Below, piece by piece: positions 38,881 to 52,467 of a stretch of DNA of 64,000 nucleotides; the stretch's first letter is position 1, and each line of letters begins with the position of its first letter. Source of the stretch: Pristiophorus japonicus (Eukaryota); NCBI RefSeq assembly GCF_044704955.1, contig NC_091986.1:176638001-176702000 (forward strand), in the 5' to 3' direction. Below the pieces are notes generated by a model. That model saw nothing but the letters and a program-made list of their open reading frames with translations, was not told the DNA's origin and did not search any database. Position numbers and translations under genes: made by a program.

Positions 38881-40669
38881 TCATCATCATCATAGGCAGC
38901 CCCTTGGAATCGAGGAAGACTTGCTTCCACTCTTAACATGAGTTTTTAATTGGCTGTACAGTCCAGTCCGAGAACCACAATCTCGGTCACAGATGGGGCA
39001 GATAGTCGTTGAGGGAAGGGGTGGGTGGGACTGGTTTGCCGCAAGCTCATTCCGCTGCCTGCACTTGATTTCTTCACGCTCTCGGCGACGAGACTCGAGG
39101 TGTTCGGCGCCCTCCCGGATGCGCTTCCTCCACTTAGGGTGGTCTTTGGCCAGGGTCTCCCAGGTGTCCGAGGGGCTGTTGCTCTTTATCAGGGAGGCTT
39201 TGAGGGCGTCCTTGTAACATTTCCGCTGCCCACCTTTGGCTCGTTTGCCGTGAAGGAGTTCCAAGTAGAGCGCTTGCTTTGGGAGTCTCATGTCTGGCAC
39301 CCTAACCTTAACCCTAAATGCAGCAGAGCTGATCAAGTGTGGTCAGTGCTTCGATGCTGGGGATATTGGCCTGGTCGAGGACGCTAATGTTGGTGTGCCT
39401 GTCCTCCCATGGGATTTGTAGGATCTTACAGAGACATTGTTGGTGGTATTTCTCCAACGACTTGTGTCTACTGTACATGGTCCATGTTTCTGAGCCATAC
39501 AGGAGGGCGGGTATCACTACAGCCCATAGACCATGAGCTTGGTGGCAGTTTTGAGGGCCTGGTCTTCACTCTTTTCCTCAGCCGGCCGAAGGCTGCACTG
39601 GCGTACTGGAGGTGGTGTTGGATCTCGTCGTCAGTGCCTGCTCTTGTTGATGGGAGACGTCCGTGATATGGAAAGTGGTCCACGTTGTCCAGGGCCACGC
39701 CATGGATCTTGATGACTGGGGGACAGTGCTGTGCGGTCAGGACAGGCTGATGGAGGACCTTTGTCTTGCTGATGTTTAGCGTCAGGCCCATGCTTTCGTA
39801 TGCCTCAGTAAATACGTCAGCTATGTCCTGGAGTACAGCCTCAGAGTGTGTGCAGACGCAGGCGTCGTCCGCGTACTGTAGCTCGACAACAGAGGTTGGG
39901 GTGGTCTTGATCCTGGCCTGGAGATGGCATAGGTTGAACAGCTTCCCACTGGTTCTGTAGTTTAGTTTCACTCCAGCGGGGGAGCTTGTCAACTGTGTGG
40001 TGGAGCATGGCAGCAAGGAAGATTGAGAAGAGGGTTGGGGCGATGACGCAGGCCTGTTTGACCCCGGTCTGGACGTGGATTGGGTCTGTAATGGATCCGT
40101 TGGCAAGGATCAAGGCCTACATGTCATCGTGGAGCAGGCGGAGGATGGTGACAAACTTTTGGGAGCGTCCGAAACGGAGAAGGACGCTCCATAGACCCTG
40201 CGGTTGACGGCGTCAAAGGCCTTTGTAAGGTCGAAGAAGGCCATGTATAAGGGCTGGTGCTGTTCCCTGCATTTTTCCTGAAGCTGTCGCGCTGCGAAAA
40301 TCATGTCCGTTGTGCCCTGTAGGGGACGAAATCTGCACTGTGACTCCGGAAGGAACTCCTCAGCCACAGAGAAAAGACGGTTGAGAAGGACTCTAGCGAC
40401 GACCTTCCCAATGGCTGATAACAGGGAGATTCCTCTGTAGTTGCCGCACGCAGACTTGTCTCCTTTTGTCCACCATTTGTTACCATCTGGCAACTTTCCA
40501 CCCTCAGCCTCCCTCCCACCAACTGTCTAAACTTCCCCTAGCCTAATAGATCCTAATAGGGGGTATTAAACACTTAAACCCCTACGCTTAAACCCAACCC
40601 TGCGAATCCCACAAGATCGGGCCTACCTCAGGCTTCCTATCACACCACCCATCAGCGACGACGACTGGG
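38881..40669 (-). mobile_element. RTE LINE fragment with about 200 bp of non-RTE 5' sequence, bounded by a 14-bp TSD
   Basis: RT motifs GNYRGISLL, FFDLTKAFD, GVKQAC and YADD; TSD gctgctgctaatca at 38867-38880 and 40670-40683. Confidence 0.9.
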
Positions 40670-42201
40670 GCTGCTGCTAATCACAGGTTGCCTTAATCAC
40701 AGGTGTTAACTAACAAGAAGTTCATAACAGAAATGGAACAGTTAATATTTTAAATATAAAACTTGCATGAAATAAAGTTTTGAAAACTGAATCTCCAGTT
40801 TGTTTCAAAGTGTTTTGGAAAAAGCAAAGAAACACACACATCCTCACAGGATAATGGGATGAACTACATAACTGCCCAAAACATAAACTTCAACGTTTCT
40901 GCTTCAATTAAGAGAAACCTACTCATGCATTCTGGGAGGCTCTGTAAACTGGACATGCAAAGAGTGCGTGGATGTGGTTCATAACTCCTCAGCTGTTCCG
41001 AGGGGAAAATATTGAGTCAAAACATTATCAATGATTATTTGGTTCACCACCTCATTTTTTTTATTCGTAGGGGTCCTGATTAGTCATTCAGGATTGGATG
41101 TTTTCATCAGTCCTTAGAGGTTTCCCTTTGGTAGTTATCTAGCTGCTTTCCTTGGTTTTGATTTTAGTTTCTCCATTTCTTCAGTTGTAATTTACTGCAG
41201 TCTTTCTTTGAACCAATCAATACAACACAATAGTAAAAGTGTGATGACACAGTTCTGACAACAGGAAGTATGTCAAACAAAGTGTATTGTAGAATTCAAG
41301 ACTTTTAATAAATTACCAGTAGACCTCCTTTGTCATTGCTGACGGTGAGTTGGATAGTACACTGTTTTAAATTTGATAATTAGCTGTTAAATGCCAGGTA
41401 TCTATCTCCAAATGGTACATTTAAAAACTTCTGGAATAATTAAAGAACTCAGTTAACATAGATTTTAAAGTTGACTACCATAGAAATTTACAGCACAGAA
41501 GGAAGCCATCATATCTGTGCTGGATCTTGACTAGGCAAATCAAAAATGAAACCCCATTGGTCTATTATCCCTATATGTTCCTCTGCTCCAAATAATGGAG
41601 CAGGAAACAGCAAATATGAACATTATGAAAGGATACTATTAGTAAAAGTGGAGAAGGAAAAGGGTCTAGATGTGATTGTTGATTATTCACTGGAAATGTA
41701 TGTGAATTTGAAGCTGTCTCCAACAAAGCTATTAAATACAAGGTTCTCAAGGTATTTAAACATAAGTCAAAAAAAGTTTTTCTAACCTTTACTATAGCAC
41801 TGCCGAAGCTGCAATTGGAATTCTGTGCACAATTTCAGCACCTTACCTTTTGCAGTCTTATTTGATTACCTTTAGGGATGAGAGAGCTTTTATGCAGAAG
41901 ATTGTTTCCAGTCCATTTGAGCCATAAATACATGTATTTGTTCCCTGCTCTGATGTTATGATCCTTCACGAGTTACGCGCCATCATTAAAGTGGTTTGAA
42001 ATTGAAAACTGATGAGATAATCATGAAAATAGTTAACGTTTATGTTTTGGCCAGTTCTGTAGTTTCTTATTGTTTTGATCAGATGCGATCTTTCTTTCTA
42101 TTTCATAACTATTCATTTATTGGTCAGACTGTATTTAGCTACTATGTACTGGCTAATTACACATTATTATTTTGTCAAATAAATGTAACTGTTTTTTTTA
42201 G

Positions 42202-42321
42202 GAGCCGTTTACCACATTTTTCCTTAATGCAAATGAAGGAAAATTTGATTATCCAGAGCGAACATTCTCCTCTGTGGCAAAATCATGGAGGAACTGTCAG
42301 AGAGACACTTCAGATGTAAAA
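42202..42321 (+). CDS. NBEA: Neurobeachin-family BEACH exon ([40 protein letters not shown])
   Basis: Acceptor gttttttttag, donor gtaagt; 120 nt; continues in frame from the previous exon (WLVRI|EPFTT). Confidence 0.95.
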
Positions 42322-45300
42322 GTAAGTGTTGCTGACTGTATTAAAGTACACTGAGGCTGTTATGCTACACGTACCTGTATAGGGTGATGCAGGTATAGCA
42401 GATGGGTTATACAGGGTGCTCAGTACAATGGAGCTTATGCAACTGAATGCCTATTACATTTTAACGTTTGAAAAGGGTCAAGACTCAGCATCACTATCAT
42501 CTCACTGCTAACATTAGAAATTAAATATAAGAATGGACTATCAGAGAACATTTTAAATTTGATCCATACCAGCTACAGTTATATAGCAGCGAGTAAAAAT
42601 TCCATATGGTGTGAGACCACCTTATGCAGGTGGTTTCATACCTCTTACTAATGCTGCTTTTATATATCCCTTACTTTATTTCGTATTCCAGGAAACCACT
42701 ATCTGTCAACCAGCTTTTGGTGTTCTTACTACTTTATCTGGTTTCCTTATCTCAGCAGCAGACTCATAGACCTAAATAAATTGGTCTGCTATTAAGATAG
42801 GGAAGGAGATTTTAGGTCTATATGTGGGAGCCAGCTCACAGAAATTGGCCTTACTGAATGCAAATAAAAACAAGGCCCGTATAAAGCAATTTGGCTGCTT
42901 CAAATGGCTTTGTATCTGAATTACAATGCACAGTTTTGCTTGATGTGAAGATTGGACTGACACTGATTGTATAACTGCCCTATTGTACCATAGAAATATG
43001 TTTTAACAGCTTCCTTCTAAGTGAGGTTTGCAGTTGATGTTTTTCCAGTGTTAGCTTTTAAACTCTGCAGCCCTAGTTAGTACCTACAGTATTTTTAAAT
43101 GGTGTTATTCAGTCAAAGATGTTAGTTTTCTTAGTTCAGCTTGAATCAAAATATGAATTCAGCAAAAATGAATTTGAATTAAGATTTCCCCCCCCCACTC
43201 CCCCCCCCCCCCCCCCCGCCGAATTGTTGGCTCAGAGATGTGTCTGAATAAAGCTAATTAACATGGTTGTCATTAATAACATGGACTACAAACAAAAGAG
43301 GTACAGTATTATAATGGTCCTGCTGGTGTTGACTTAATGTTTTCCTCACTACAATAAAACACAGCAGGAATGGCATTTGTCCTCAATGTGTCAGATTGTT
43401 GTGGTTCAATCCAAAGCTGGTTACATTTGCCAAGGGCAGTTAATTAACCATTAATGATAAGTTCCATTTTAAATGCAGCTTGTTCCTTAAAGCCACTTTA
43501 AAAAAATAAACTACAGGCTGCTTGTACCCAGTGATGTTGCATTTCAATGCAATTCATTTTAAATAATGTTATTTGTGTGTGTCTGTCTGTTGTCTATGTA
43601 TTTTAGGGGGGAAGGGGGAGTGGAAGTAACATTGCATACAAAAATGCATTAAAAGATATATGTATACACATGTTGTGATTTGTATGATTAGATGGGTTAA
43701 ATTTACAGGTAATTTTGGGATCTGATCAAAAGAAATGTTTGATATATGATCTTCCAGGTCCCAAAATTGGGCAAGAATCTATGTTTTACAATCTTTCTTT
43801 ATTAATCCTGGCCTCCTCCTGTGGTAATGAGAGCAAGCTGGGAAAAGAGTGGCTGTTAGTAGGATGACCTTTCAGGAAACAAGTCACCCGGAAAAAATCT
43901 TAGCTAGTCCAGTTGGCTTCACACTGATTTTTTTAAATGTAGTGACAACCAAAGGAACCATTCTCCAGACTTCTTTTCTTTATTTAATAAAAACTGTTCA
44001 AAGTAGCCACTGTGTGTTCTCAAAAGGCTTTGCAGGCCTCACGAGTTTGACAAAATGCCATTAAACCAGCGTAAATTAATACATTTAATGGGAAGGGTTT
44101 CTGAATGATTAGTCAGTCCATTATGAGTCTTTTCCAGAATTAATGGACGCTAAGGGATCAAGAACTAGAAAAGAGATGGCATTTTTAAAAGCTTGCAGTG
44201 AGTTACATTAGAAAAGTGGAAACGTATGTTTTGGATTTCATTTCACTGTGCAGCCATAATAACACTATGTTGCGATAACATTGGAATGTAAACTTTACAT
44301 GGGATCTGGTAAAAGAGTACAATTTTAATGTATTCGGTAGTAACAAATACCAGCTAAAGTCACCTATAGTCTTATGAGTCACTATCCATGAATTTATACT
44401 TGTTTAATATACTTTATTTGCATTTTCTTTTCCTCCTCTCCTCCCCACCCCCCTCCCCCCCACTAAGAATTTGGGACAGTCAGGGGTTTGAGCAGTCCTG
44501 TGTTATTAAAATCTCATGTCAGTATTACACAAGACTGTGCATGTGTGCCTGAGTTGGAGTTTTGTCTGTCTTCTCTGCAGTATTTTACTTAAAGCCATAC
44601 CATGGAATAAAATTGCATTAAATGATAGTGTGGGAAGTTTACATTACCTTCATTCATATAAACAAACCATATTTTGATAGTACATATAGTGGTAAATAAG
44701 GCTCGAGGAAAATATCTTGTGTCTAGCAATTAAGAATGTCTTCTCTAAATCACATCGCTGGCACATTACAGGTCTGAGGTATCAAATTTAATTGGTTACT
44801 TTAGTGACTGTAGTGATTTTTTGACATTATTATACCTCTGTGACCCTAGAAAAGCCTGTATAGAGTTAGATTTCAAGCAGAGTGTCATCCATTTTGATCA
44901 TATTACGCATTGTAGTGCCTTAATGCTTGTAACAATGTAATCTGGTGAATTTAATCTGTTGCTAGGATTTGGGGAATCGGAGGCTTCAGGCTGATTTTTT
45001 TTAAAAAGAAAAGCAGTATCATGTTAGCATATAGTGTAGAAAAACAGTAATGTGTTTTAGAAGTGTTTAATTCAAATAATAATGAAAGAGTTTCAGCAAT
45101 AAGAATTGTACTTACCTTTGAACACCGAAGAAGTGCCTAACCACTAAAGTCAAACAAGTGAAAATACTGATAAGTGAGAAAGCACAAATAAAACAATGTG
45201 TAAATAGTTTATGATGTGATTTGTTAAATCGTTTACAATAGATGACAGTGAGAGTTATTTACTATATCACAATAGCTCACAGAACACTCCCATTTCTGGC

Positions 45301-46748
45301 TTTACCACTTATCCACTTGAGTATCAAAGCCGCTTTTAGAACCCTGAAACTGATGTTCTGACCTTTTGTCGGAAAGAAAAAACAAATCCAAATGATTGTG
45401 TTGAGTAATATGTGAAAACTAAGCAGAAATTTTAGAAATTCTATAATGCAATTAAACGAACAGATTTGAAAAAAGACTATTACTGTCTACCCAGTGTTAA
45501 AAGGTAAATGCAATCTATCAAAAATCCAGGGTTTGAAATATTGGGACCCAAGGCATAAGGCTTCAAAGCTTAAATGGTTTTTGTGTCTATAAAAATAGGA
45601 TAATTAAATACTACTTGAATTGAGATATGCACTGAGGTTTGGGACTTCTATAATTTGATTCCATAATACTTAAGCATTAGAACATTTCAGATAACAAGTT
45701 GCCCAAATAAAACATGAAATTAAATACATTCAGGTTTTGAAAGTTCACAAATATTAACATACAAACAATTACATAACCATATGAAATCCCTTTATTGACT
45801 ACTGAAACAGTTTAATGCCTTTTTTAAAAGAGTAGATAAAAGAATTTCTCAAGAACAAAATAGTATTTGTGCAGTGTAATTTTAAAGACATAGGCTACCT
45901 GAAAGGTTTGCTTAAAATTTACCAGAATTGTGTGTAGTTCACTTACAAACATGTAGATTTCCCTCATGGCATTTGTGCCAGAAAGTTCTCTCTTTAAAAC
46001 ATAATTGTAGCCACCAAAGATATCTCCATTTGTTCTGAATTGTGGAATATGTGAAACACAATAGTGTATTTTCCACACTGGCTTAATTATGAATGTTGGA
46101 ATTGTGCCACGTAACATAATTTTATCATTTTGCATCTTAGTAAAAATACATAATCTTAATCCCACATCTCTGTTTTGCAAGTTATTTTCTCTCCTCTTGG
46201 GTCCCTTTGCGTCATTCCCGAACCAACTAGGTAGATGGGTAACCACTTGCTAGCCTCTCCTATGCTGTTCTTTACGAACTGCCGGGATTATGCAAGAGTG
46301 AAAGAAGTGCATATACCATAGTTTTTCCCCCCCCTCTGGGAAATTGTCTTATCTTCACCTGACAGTCTGGGCAATGTGGTACAGATCACATACTTTAATG
46401 AGATATGACACAATATGGCAACAATCTTTGTTACATAGTCTTCCAATGTCATTGACATTGTTAAAATTACATCTAATAGAATCCTAGATGAACAAAAATC
46501 AATACTAATTTTGTGCCAAAATAATCTTATCCTTTCCTGAACGTTTGAAATGAACAACTTTGCAGAATATGAACAATGAAAACTTTATTTTAAATTAATG
46601 GTATTTTGGAGGTGTACAAAGTTCAAGAAATATATTGTGTGTTTTCTGCAACACTAGATGTGGAAACTTAAATCATGCAATATTTTTTGCAATGAACATT
46701 TCTCCAGTAATTGTTTTGAACCATCTATAACACCCTTTGCTTCACAAA

Positions 46749-47491
46749 TCATCATAGGCAGTCCCTCGGAATCAAGGAGGACTTGCTTCCACTCCCTAAG
46801 TGAGTTCTTTGATGGCTGAACAGTCCGATACGAGAGCCACAGACCCTGTCACAGGTGGGACAGACATTCGTCGAGGGAAGGGGTCGGTGGGGCTGGTTTG
46901 CCGCACGCTCCTTCCGCTGCCTGCGCTTGGCCTCTTCACGTTCTTTGCGTTGAGACTCGAAGAGCTCAACCCCCTCCCGGATGCACTTTCTCCACCTCGG
47001 GCGCTCTTCGGCCAGGGTCTCCCAGGTGTCAGTGGTGATGTCGCACTTTACCAGGGAGGCTTTGAGGGTGTCCGTATAACGTTTTCACTGTCCTCCTTTG
47101 GCTCGTTTATCATGAAGGAGCTCCGCATAAAGCATTTGCTTAGGGAGTCTTGTATCTGGCAAACGAACTATGTAGCCTGCCCAGCGAAGCTGAGTGTGGT
47201 CAGTGCTTCAATACTGGGGATGTTAGCCTGGGCGAGGACACTGATTTTGGTCCGCCTGTCCTCCCAGGGGATTTGCAGGATCTTGCGGAGATATCGTTGG
47301 TGACATATCTCCAGCGACTTGAGGTGCCTTCTATACATCGTCCATACCTCAGATCCATACAGGTGGGCGGGTATTAATCCAGCGCTGTAGACCATGAGCT
47401 TGGTGATAGTTTTGAGGGCCTGGTCTTCAAACACTGTTTTCCCCAGATGGCCAAAGGCTGCACTGGCACACTGGAGGCGATGTTGAATCTC
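46749..47491 (-). mobile_element. RTE 3' fragment
   Basis: ORF 47168-47515 (ASAAFG...LYGSEVW); tca tail. Confidence 0.9.
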
Positions 47492-47980
47492 TGTTTTGCT
47501 GCACAAAACAGGCATTGCAAAATGTTAAATGCAAACTTCCTTTCAACATTTTGTAATATGTTAATAATGCATTATTAATTAACAATTGATAGTAAAGTCT
47601 GTTTTACATTTTGGAACTGCATGCCTGTTCAGCAAGGAAGGAAACCATTCATAATAATTGGTTCACATTAGCACAGAAGGGCTTGATTGTATGTTAAATG
47701 TAGCTTTTCTGAAACCGAGTTAGTTGACTTAATGTGTAAATCTTTTCCAATTAAATAATGATAATAGGGCGAACAATGTTGTTGAGGGTGTTGGGTGATT
47801 TCATAAACAGTAAATGACTCTCGAATTGTTTATCATCACCTGATTCTTGAAATTCTATTATAGCCTTTAACTCACGCCCAGGTATTTATTATTATTATTA
47901 ATGATATAGTGTATTAGTTGATCTCTCGTGGCGTTGCGCACAGGAAGTTAACACCAAATGCATTATTCAGTTAAAGCAAC

Positions 47981-48927
47981 ATTAATGATTTAGACGAGGG
48001 GATTAAATGTAGTATCTCCAAATTTGCGGATGACACTAAGTTGAGTGGCAGTGTGAGCTGCGAGGAGGATGCTATGAGGCTGCAGAGCGACTTGGATAGA
48101 TTAGGTGAGTGGGCAAATGCATGGCAGATGAAGTATAATATGGATAAATGTCAGGTTATCCACTTTGGTGGTAAAAACAGAGAGACAGACTATTATCTGA
48201 ATGGTGACAGATTAGGAAAAGGGGAGATGCAACGAGACCTGGGTGTCATGGTACATCAGTCATTGAAGGTTGACATGCAGGTACGGTTAAGAAAGCAAAT
48301 GGCATGTTGGCCTTCATAGCGAGGGGATTTGAGTACAGGGGCAGGGAGGTGTTGCTACAGTTGTACAAGGCCTTGGTGAGGCCACACCTGGAATATTGTG
48401 TACAGTTTTGGTCTCCTAACTTGAGGAAGGACATTCTTGCTATTGAGGGAGTGCAGCGAAGGTTCACCAGACTGATTCCCGGGATGGCGGGACTGACCTA
48501 TCAAGAAAGACTGGATCAACTGGGCTTGTATTCACTGGAGTTCAGAAGAATGAGAGGGGACCTCATAGAAACGTTTAAAATTCTGATGGGTTTAGACAGG
48601 TTAGATGCAGGAAGAATGTTCCCAATGTTAGGGAAGTCCAGAACCAGTGGTCACAGTCTAAGGATCGAGATGAGGAGAAACTTCTTCATCCAGAGAGTGG
48701 TGAACCTGTGGAATTCTCTACCACAGAAAGTTGTTGAGGCCAATTCACTAAATAGATTCAAAAAGGAGTTAGATGAAGTCCTTACTACTAGGGGGATCAA
48801 GGGGTATGGCGAGAAAGCAGGAATGGGGTACTGAAGTTGCATGTTCAGCCATGAACTCATTGAATGGCAGTGCAGGCTAGAAGGGCCGAATGGCCTACTC
48901 CTGCACCTATTTTCTATGTTTCTATGT
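47981..48927 (+). mobile_element. CR1 3' fragment
   Basis: ORFs 48041-48319 and 48304-48834; tttctatg tail. Confidence 0.93.
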
Positions 48928-49584
48928 GTCAGAGGAGGGGAAGAGGGAGGAAGAGGTACATAGGGGAAGAAGGAATGAAATGGGGAGGAAGAGGTGGATA
49001 GAGGAAATAGGAAGACAGGGAAGAGAAGTGGAAAATGTCAGTCAGTCAAGATGAAGGTTGACAGGCCCACATGGGGTAAGGGAGCCTCGACTGTAAAACT
49101 TTGTCATTGGGGGGTTGGGGACAGGTAGGGTGGAAAGCAGTCCCAAAAGTTCCATCAACCAGTGTGGGGGAATGAGGGAAGCGGGAGCAAACACAAAACT
49201 TCATTCATTGAGCAAGAGGTAACACCAGGCACCTATTATTGTTTTATTACACCAATGGTGTGTTTTCTATTTGAGATGGTGGGAATTTAGAGTTAATTGT
49301 GTGAGATTAAAATTGAAAATTTTCAATGTACTATATAACAGTAAAATGCCTTATTGTACAAATCCATGCCACTTGTTCTGTTTTGCATAACTGTTATTGT
49401 GCTAATCATATCTATGTGATATGGTTCATCTAATCCTCAGATATGGTATGTAATCTATCATTGCTTAAAAATAATGATAATTGAGATTGTAAAATTTCAT
49501 AAAGAAACCTTGAATGTTCTTTCTCAACAATTATTGATATGTAAAATAAATAGCCTTGCTGTCTTTTGTCTCTTTCTTAACCAG

Positions 49585-49737
49585 GAGCTAATTCCAGAAT
49601 TCTACTATTTACCCGAAATGTTTGTGAACAGTAATAACTATAATCTTGGCATCCGTGAGGATGGAACAGTTGTTTCTGATGTTGAACTTCCACATTGGGC
49701 AAAGAAGCCAGAGGATTTTGTCCGCATTAACAGGATG
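49585..49737 (+). CDS. NBEA: Neurobeachin-family BEACH exon ([51 protein letters not shown])
   Basis: Acceptor ctttcttaaccag, donor gtaaga; 153 nt; hallmark BEACH motifs ELIPEF and LPxWA. Confidence 0.96.
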
Positions 49738-50584
49738 GTAAGAATGATATCTGGCTCTTGCAAAATGACCGCTCCATTGGATAAACTGCAAGTAGCAGTT
49801 TTTCCAAGCTGCATATGGCTAGACGTTTCCCAGAGACTTATTCATGTAACCTTATTAAAGCAGAGTGTTCAATGCTAACATGATTTTTGTCTGACCTCTA
49901 TGATGTCACCAAAGGACAGAAGCAGTGAGTATCCCTGATAATGTTACATGATTGTTGGGTTCATCAATCATAATTTACCAGTTTTAAAAAGCATCTCACA
50001 GATGTGCATCTGCAGTATTACTCAGCCATTCAATCCCAGCAGGCATTTGCAGGGTGGCAGCCATAAATAGAACACATTCAGCTCGTTGTTCAAGTATACT
50101 AAATATGTGAATGCAAAAGAGTCGGAAGATGAGAAATTCTTAGATTTATGCTGTTAGTTTCAGTTTATCCTCCAAATTACAATGCACTCACTTCCACTAA
50201 TCATAATATTAACTCAGATTTTCAACATGATACAAAATCTAACTATTCATCTTTACTTGCTACTTGTGTTTTATTAGAATGTGCTGTTTTAATAAAACAT
50301 TTTTTTTGATTTGGTCAAAGAATTCTGTACAGTCAGATACACCAGATTCTCATCTGAACTGAATCGGTTTCAATCTTCAAATAATGCAGTTCTTTGCGTG
50401 ACTTGACTTAGGCCAGCTGCATCCAGCTTGAGGTCAAAGTACATTTGACCTGTGCTTGGATCTGGCAAACTAGAATAAATGGTTAATAAGCAACTAAAAA
50501 CATTTAGAGGTTATTATTGTTACAAAAATAGTGTATTTGGAATATTCATTTTCCAACCCAAATATTCATTTTATTAGTTACTAT

Positions 50585-52035
50585 GGGCTCAAGTTTTGGC
50601 TCGCGTCGTTCCTAATTTTTTGGAGCCACATGTTTAGAATGGAGTATCTTAGAAATTGCAATTCTCGGCATTTAGTTTGCTCCAACTCTCATGAGTTAGA
50701 ACAGTTTTTTTTCCAAAAGGGGACGTTACCAGCCACTTACGCCTGTTTTGCAAGTTTAGGCAGCGAAAACTTACTCCAAACTAACTTAGAATGTAGTAAG
50801 TGTAGATTTTTGTACGCTCAGAAAAACCTTGCCTACCCTTATAAATCAAGCGTAGGTAACGAGAGATAGGGGGGAGGGAAGTTTACAAACATTAAACCAC
50901 TTCACTTTTACCAATAAAGAGCCATCATCAATAATAAATGATAAATAAATCAATCAAAAAAATTTTTTTTATATAAAAATAAAATAAAAAATCAATCAAT
51001 AAATAAAAAATTAAGTTTCTACTCACCTACTGCAGCACCGGGAGCTCTCCAACATCGTGCTGGGACAGGCCCCTGCCCCCCCCCCCCCCACCCCCCAGTG
51101 TCTCTCTCTCTCTCTCTGTCAGTATCTCTCTGTACCTGTCAGTTTCTCTGTGTTTCTGACAGCGAGGGGGTGGCAGGGAGAGGGGAGGAGGGGGGAGGGA
51201 GAGGATAGAGGGGGGGAGGGGAGAGGAAGGGAGGAGGAGGGGGGGAGAGAGAGGAGGAGGGGGGGAGAGAGGAGGAGGGGGAAAGAGGAGGAGGGGGGAG
51301 CAGAGGAGGGGATAGAGGGCTGACCGGGAGGGAGGGGGGGGATGAGGCTGAACGGGAGGGAGGGGGGGGGGGAGAGGATGAACGGGAGGGAGTGGAGGGG
51401 GGGAGCTGAACGGGAGAGAGGGAGAGCTGAACGGGAGGGAGAGAGGAGGGGGAGCTGAACGGAAGGGAGGGAGGGAGACTGAACAGGAGGGAGGGAGGGG
51501 GGAAGGGAGGCTGAATGGGAGGGAGGGGGGGGGAGGCTGAACGGGAGGGAGCTGAATGGGAGGGGGGGGTAGCTGAAAGGGAGAGAGGGAGCGGGGGGGG
51601 CTGAACGGGAGGGAGTGGGGAGCTGAACGGGAGGGAGGGAGGGAGGGAGGGAGGGGGGGGGGGGAAGCTCAACGGGAGGGAGGCGGGTGGGGGTGAGTAG
51701 CTGAACGGGAGGGAAGCCCGAGTCCCGATCTTCAATGCCCGGAGAGCCCATTCGGCCAAAGCTAGGGGCGGCATTCTTCGGGCCTCTCTCACACAGCCTG
51801 CACAGATTCGGGCTGCGAGGAGCTACTGCACATGCGCGCACATTCTACCGTGCATGTGCAGAGGTTCCGGCACTGTTTTCGGCGCCGGGACCTGGCTCCG
51901 CCCCCAACCCCTTGTGCTGCGCCACGCCGAGCCCGAAGACGTCCTGAGGAGCTCGGAGAATCACAAGGTAAGTTTTCGGCGCCCTTTTTATTCCAGAAGG
52001 TGCTCCGTTTTTACAGAGGGCGGAAACTTGGGCCC
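50585..52035. mobile_element. PIF/Harbinger-like non-autonomous element with internal gctgaacgggag repeats
   Basis: TIR gggctcaagttt / aaacttgggccc; TSD TAT on both sides. Confidence 0.82.
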
Positions 52036-52467
52036 TATGCAACTGACTAAATAGAAGAATTTGAAAAGTATTTTTTTAAATGTATTGTTAGATGTCCTCA
52101 CAATCAGTGTTCCTAAGTTGAGGGAGATACTTTTGCCCAAGCCTTTGCCAATGCTGGCTGCTGGAAGCTGAGTGAGAATACTGCATTATATTTTAGCCAT
52201 CAATTTTCATAAATTTTCCCTGTAAGACAGCTCCTGGGTTTCCTCAGTGTCTACCCTCGTCTTGCAGACCAAAATACTATCCCTCTAGGTGTAGAACCAT
52301 GAGAGGAAGCCTTATCCTAAAAATGCTGGAGCACCAACATACTATAACACCTTGCATGTTGAATAAGAAGTTTGCATACATTTAATGATGCATTAATATT
52401 TTTATATTTTACAGAAATACAAAGGTAGAAATCATTTCTTTAATGTAACATACAGAACACAATTTAT

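Noticed and set aside
41996-42319. 107-aa ORF over the exon
   Set aside because: Wrong frame; the real coding frame starts at the 42202 acceptor.
45824-46557. Minus-strand ORFs of 140 and 89 aa as a nested gene such as MAB21L
   Set aside because: No resemblance to MAB21L or any recognised protein; no long single-exon nested gene is visible in this window.
51057-51841. Pro/Ser-rich ORFs
   Set aside because: They arise from G-rich repeats inside a MITE.
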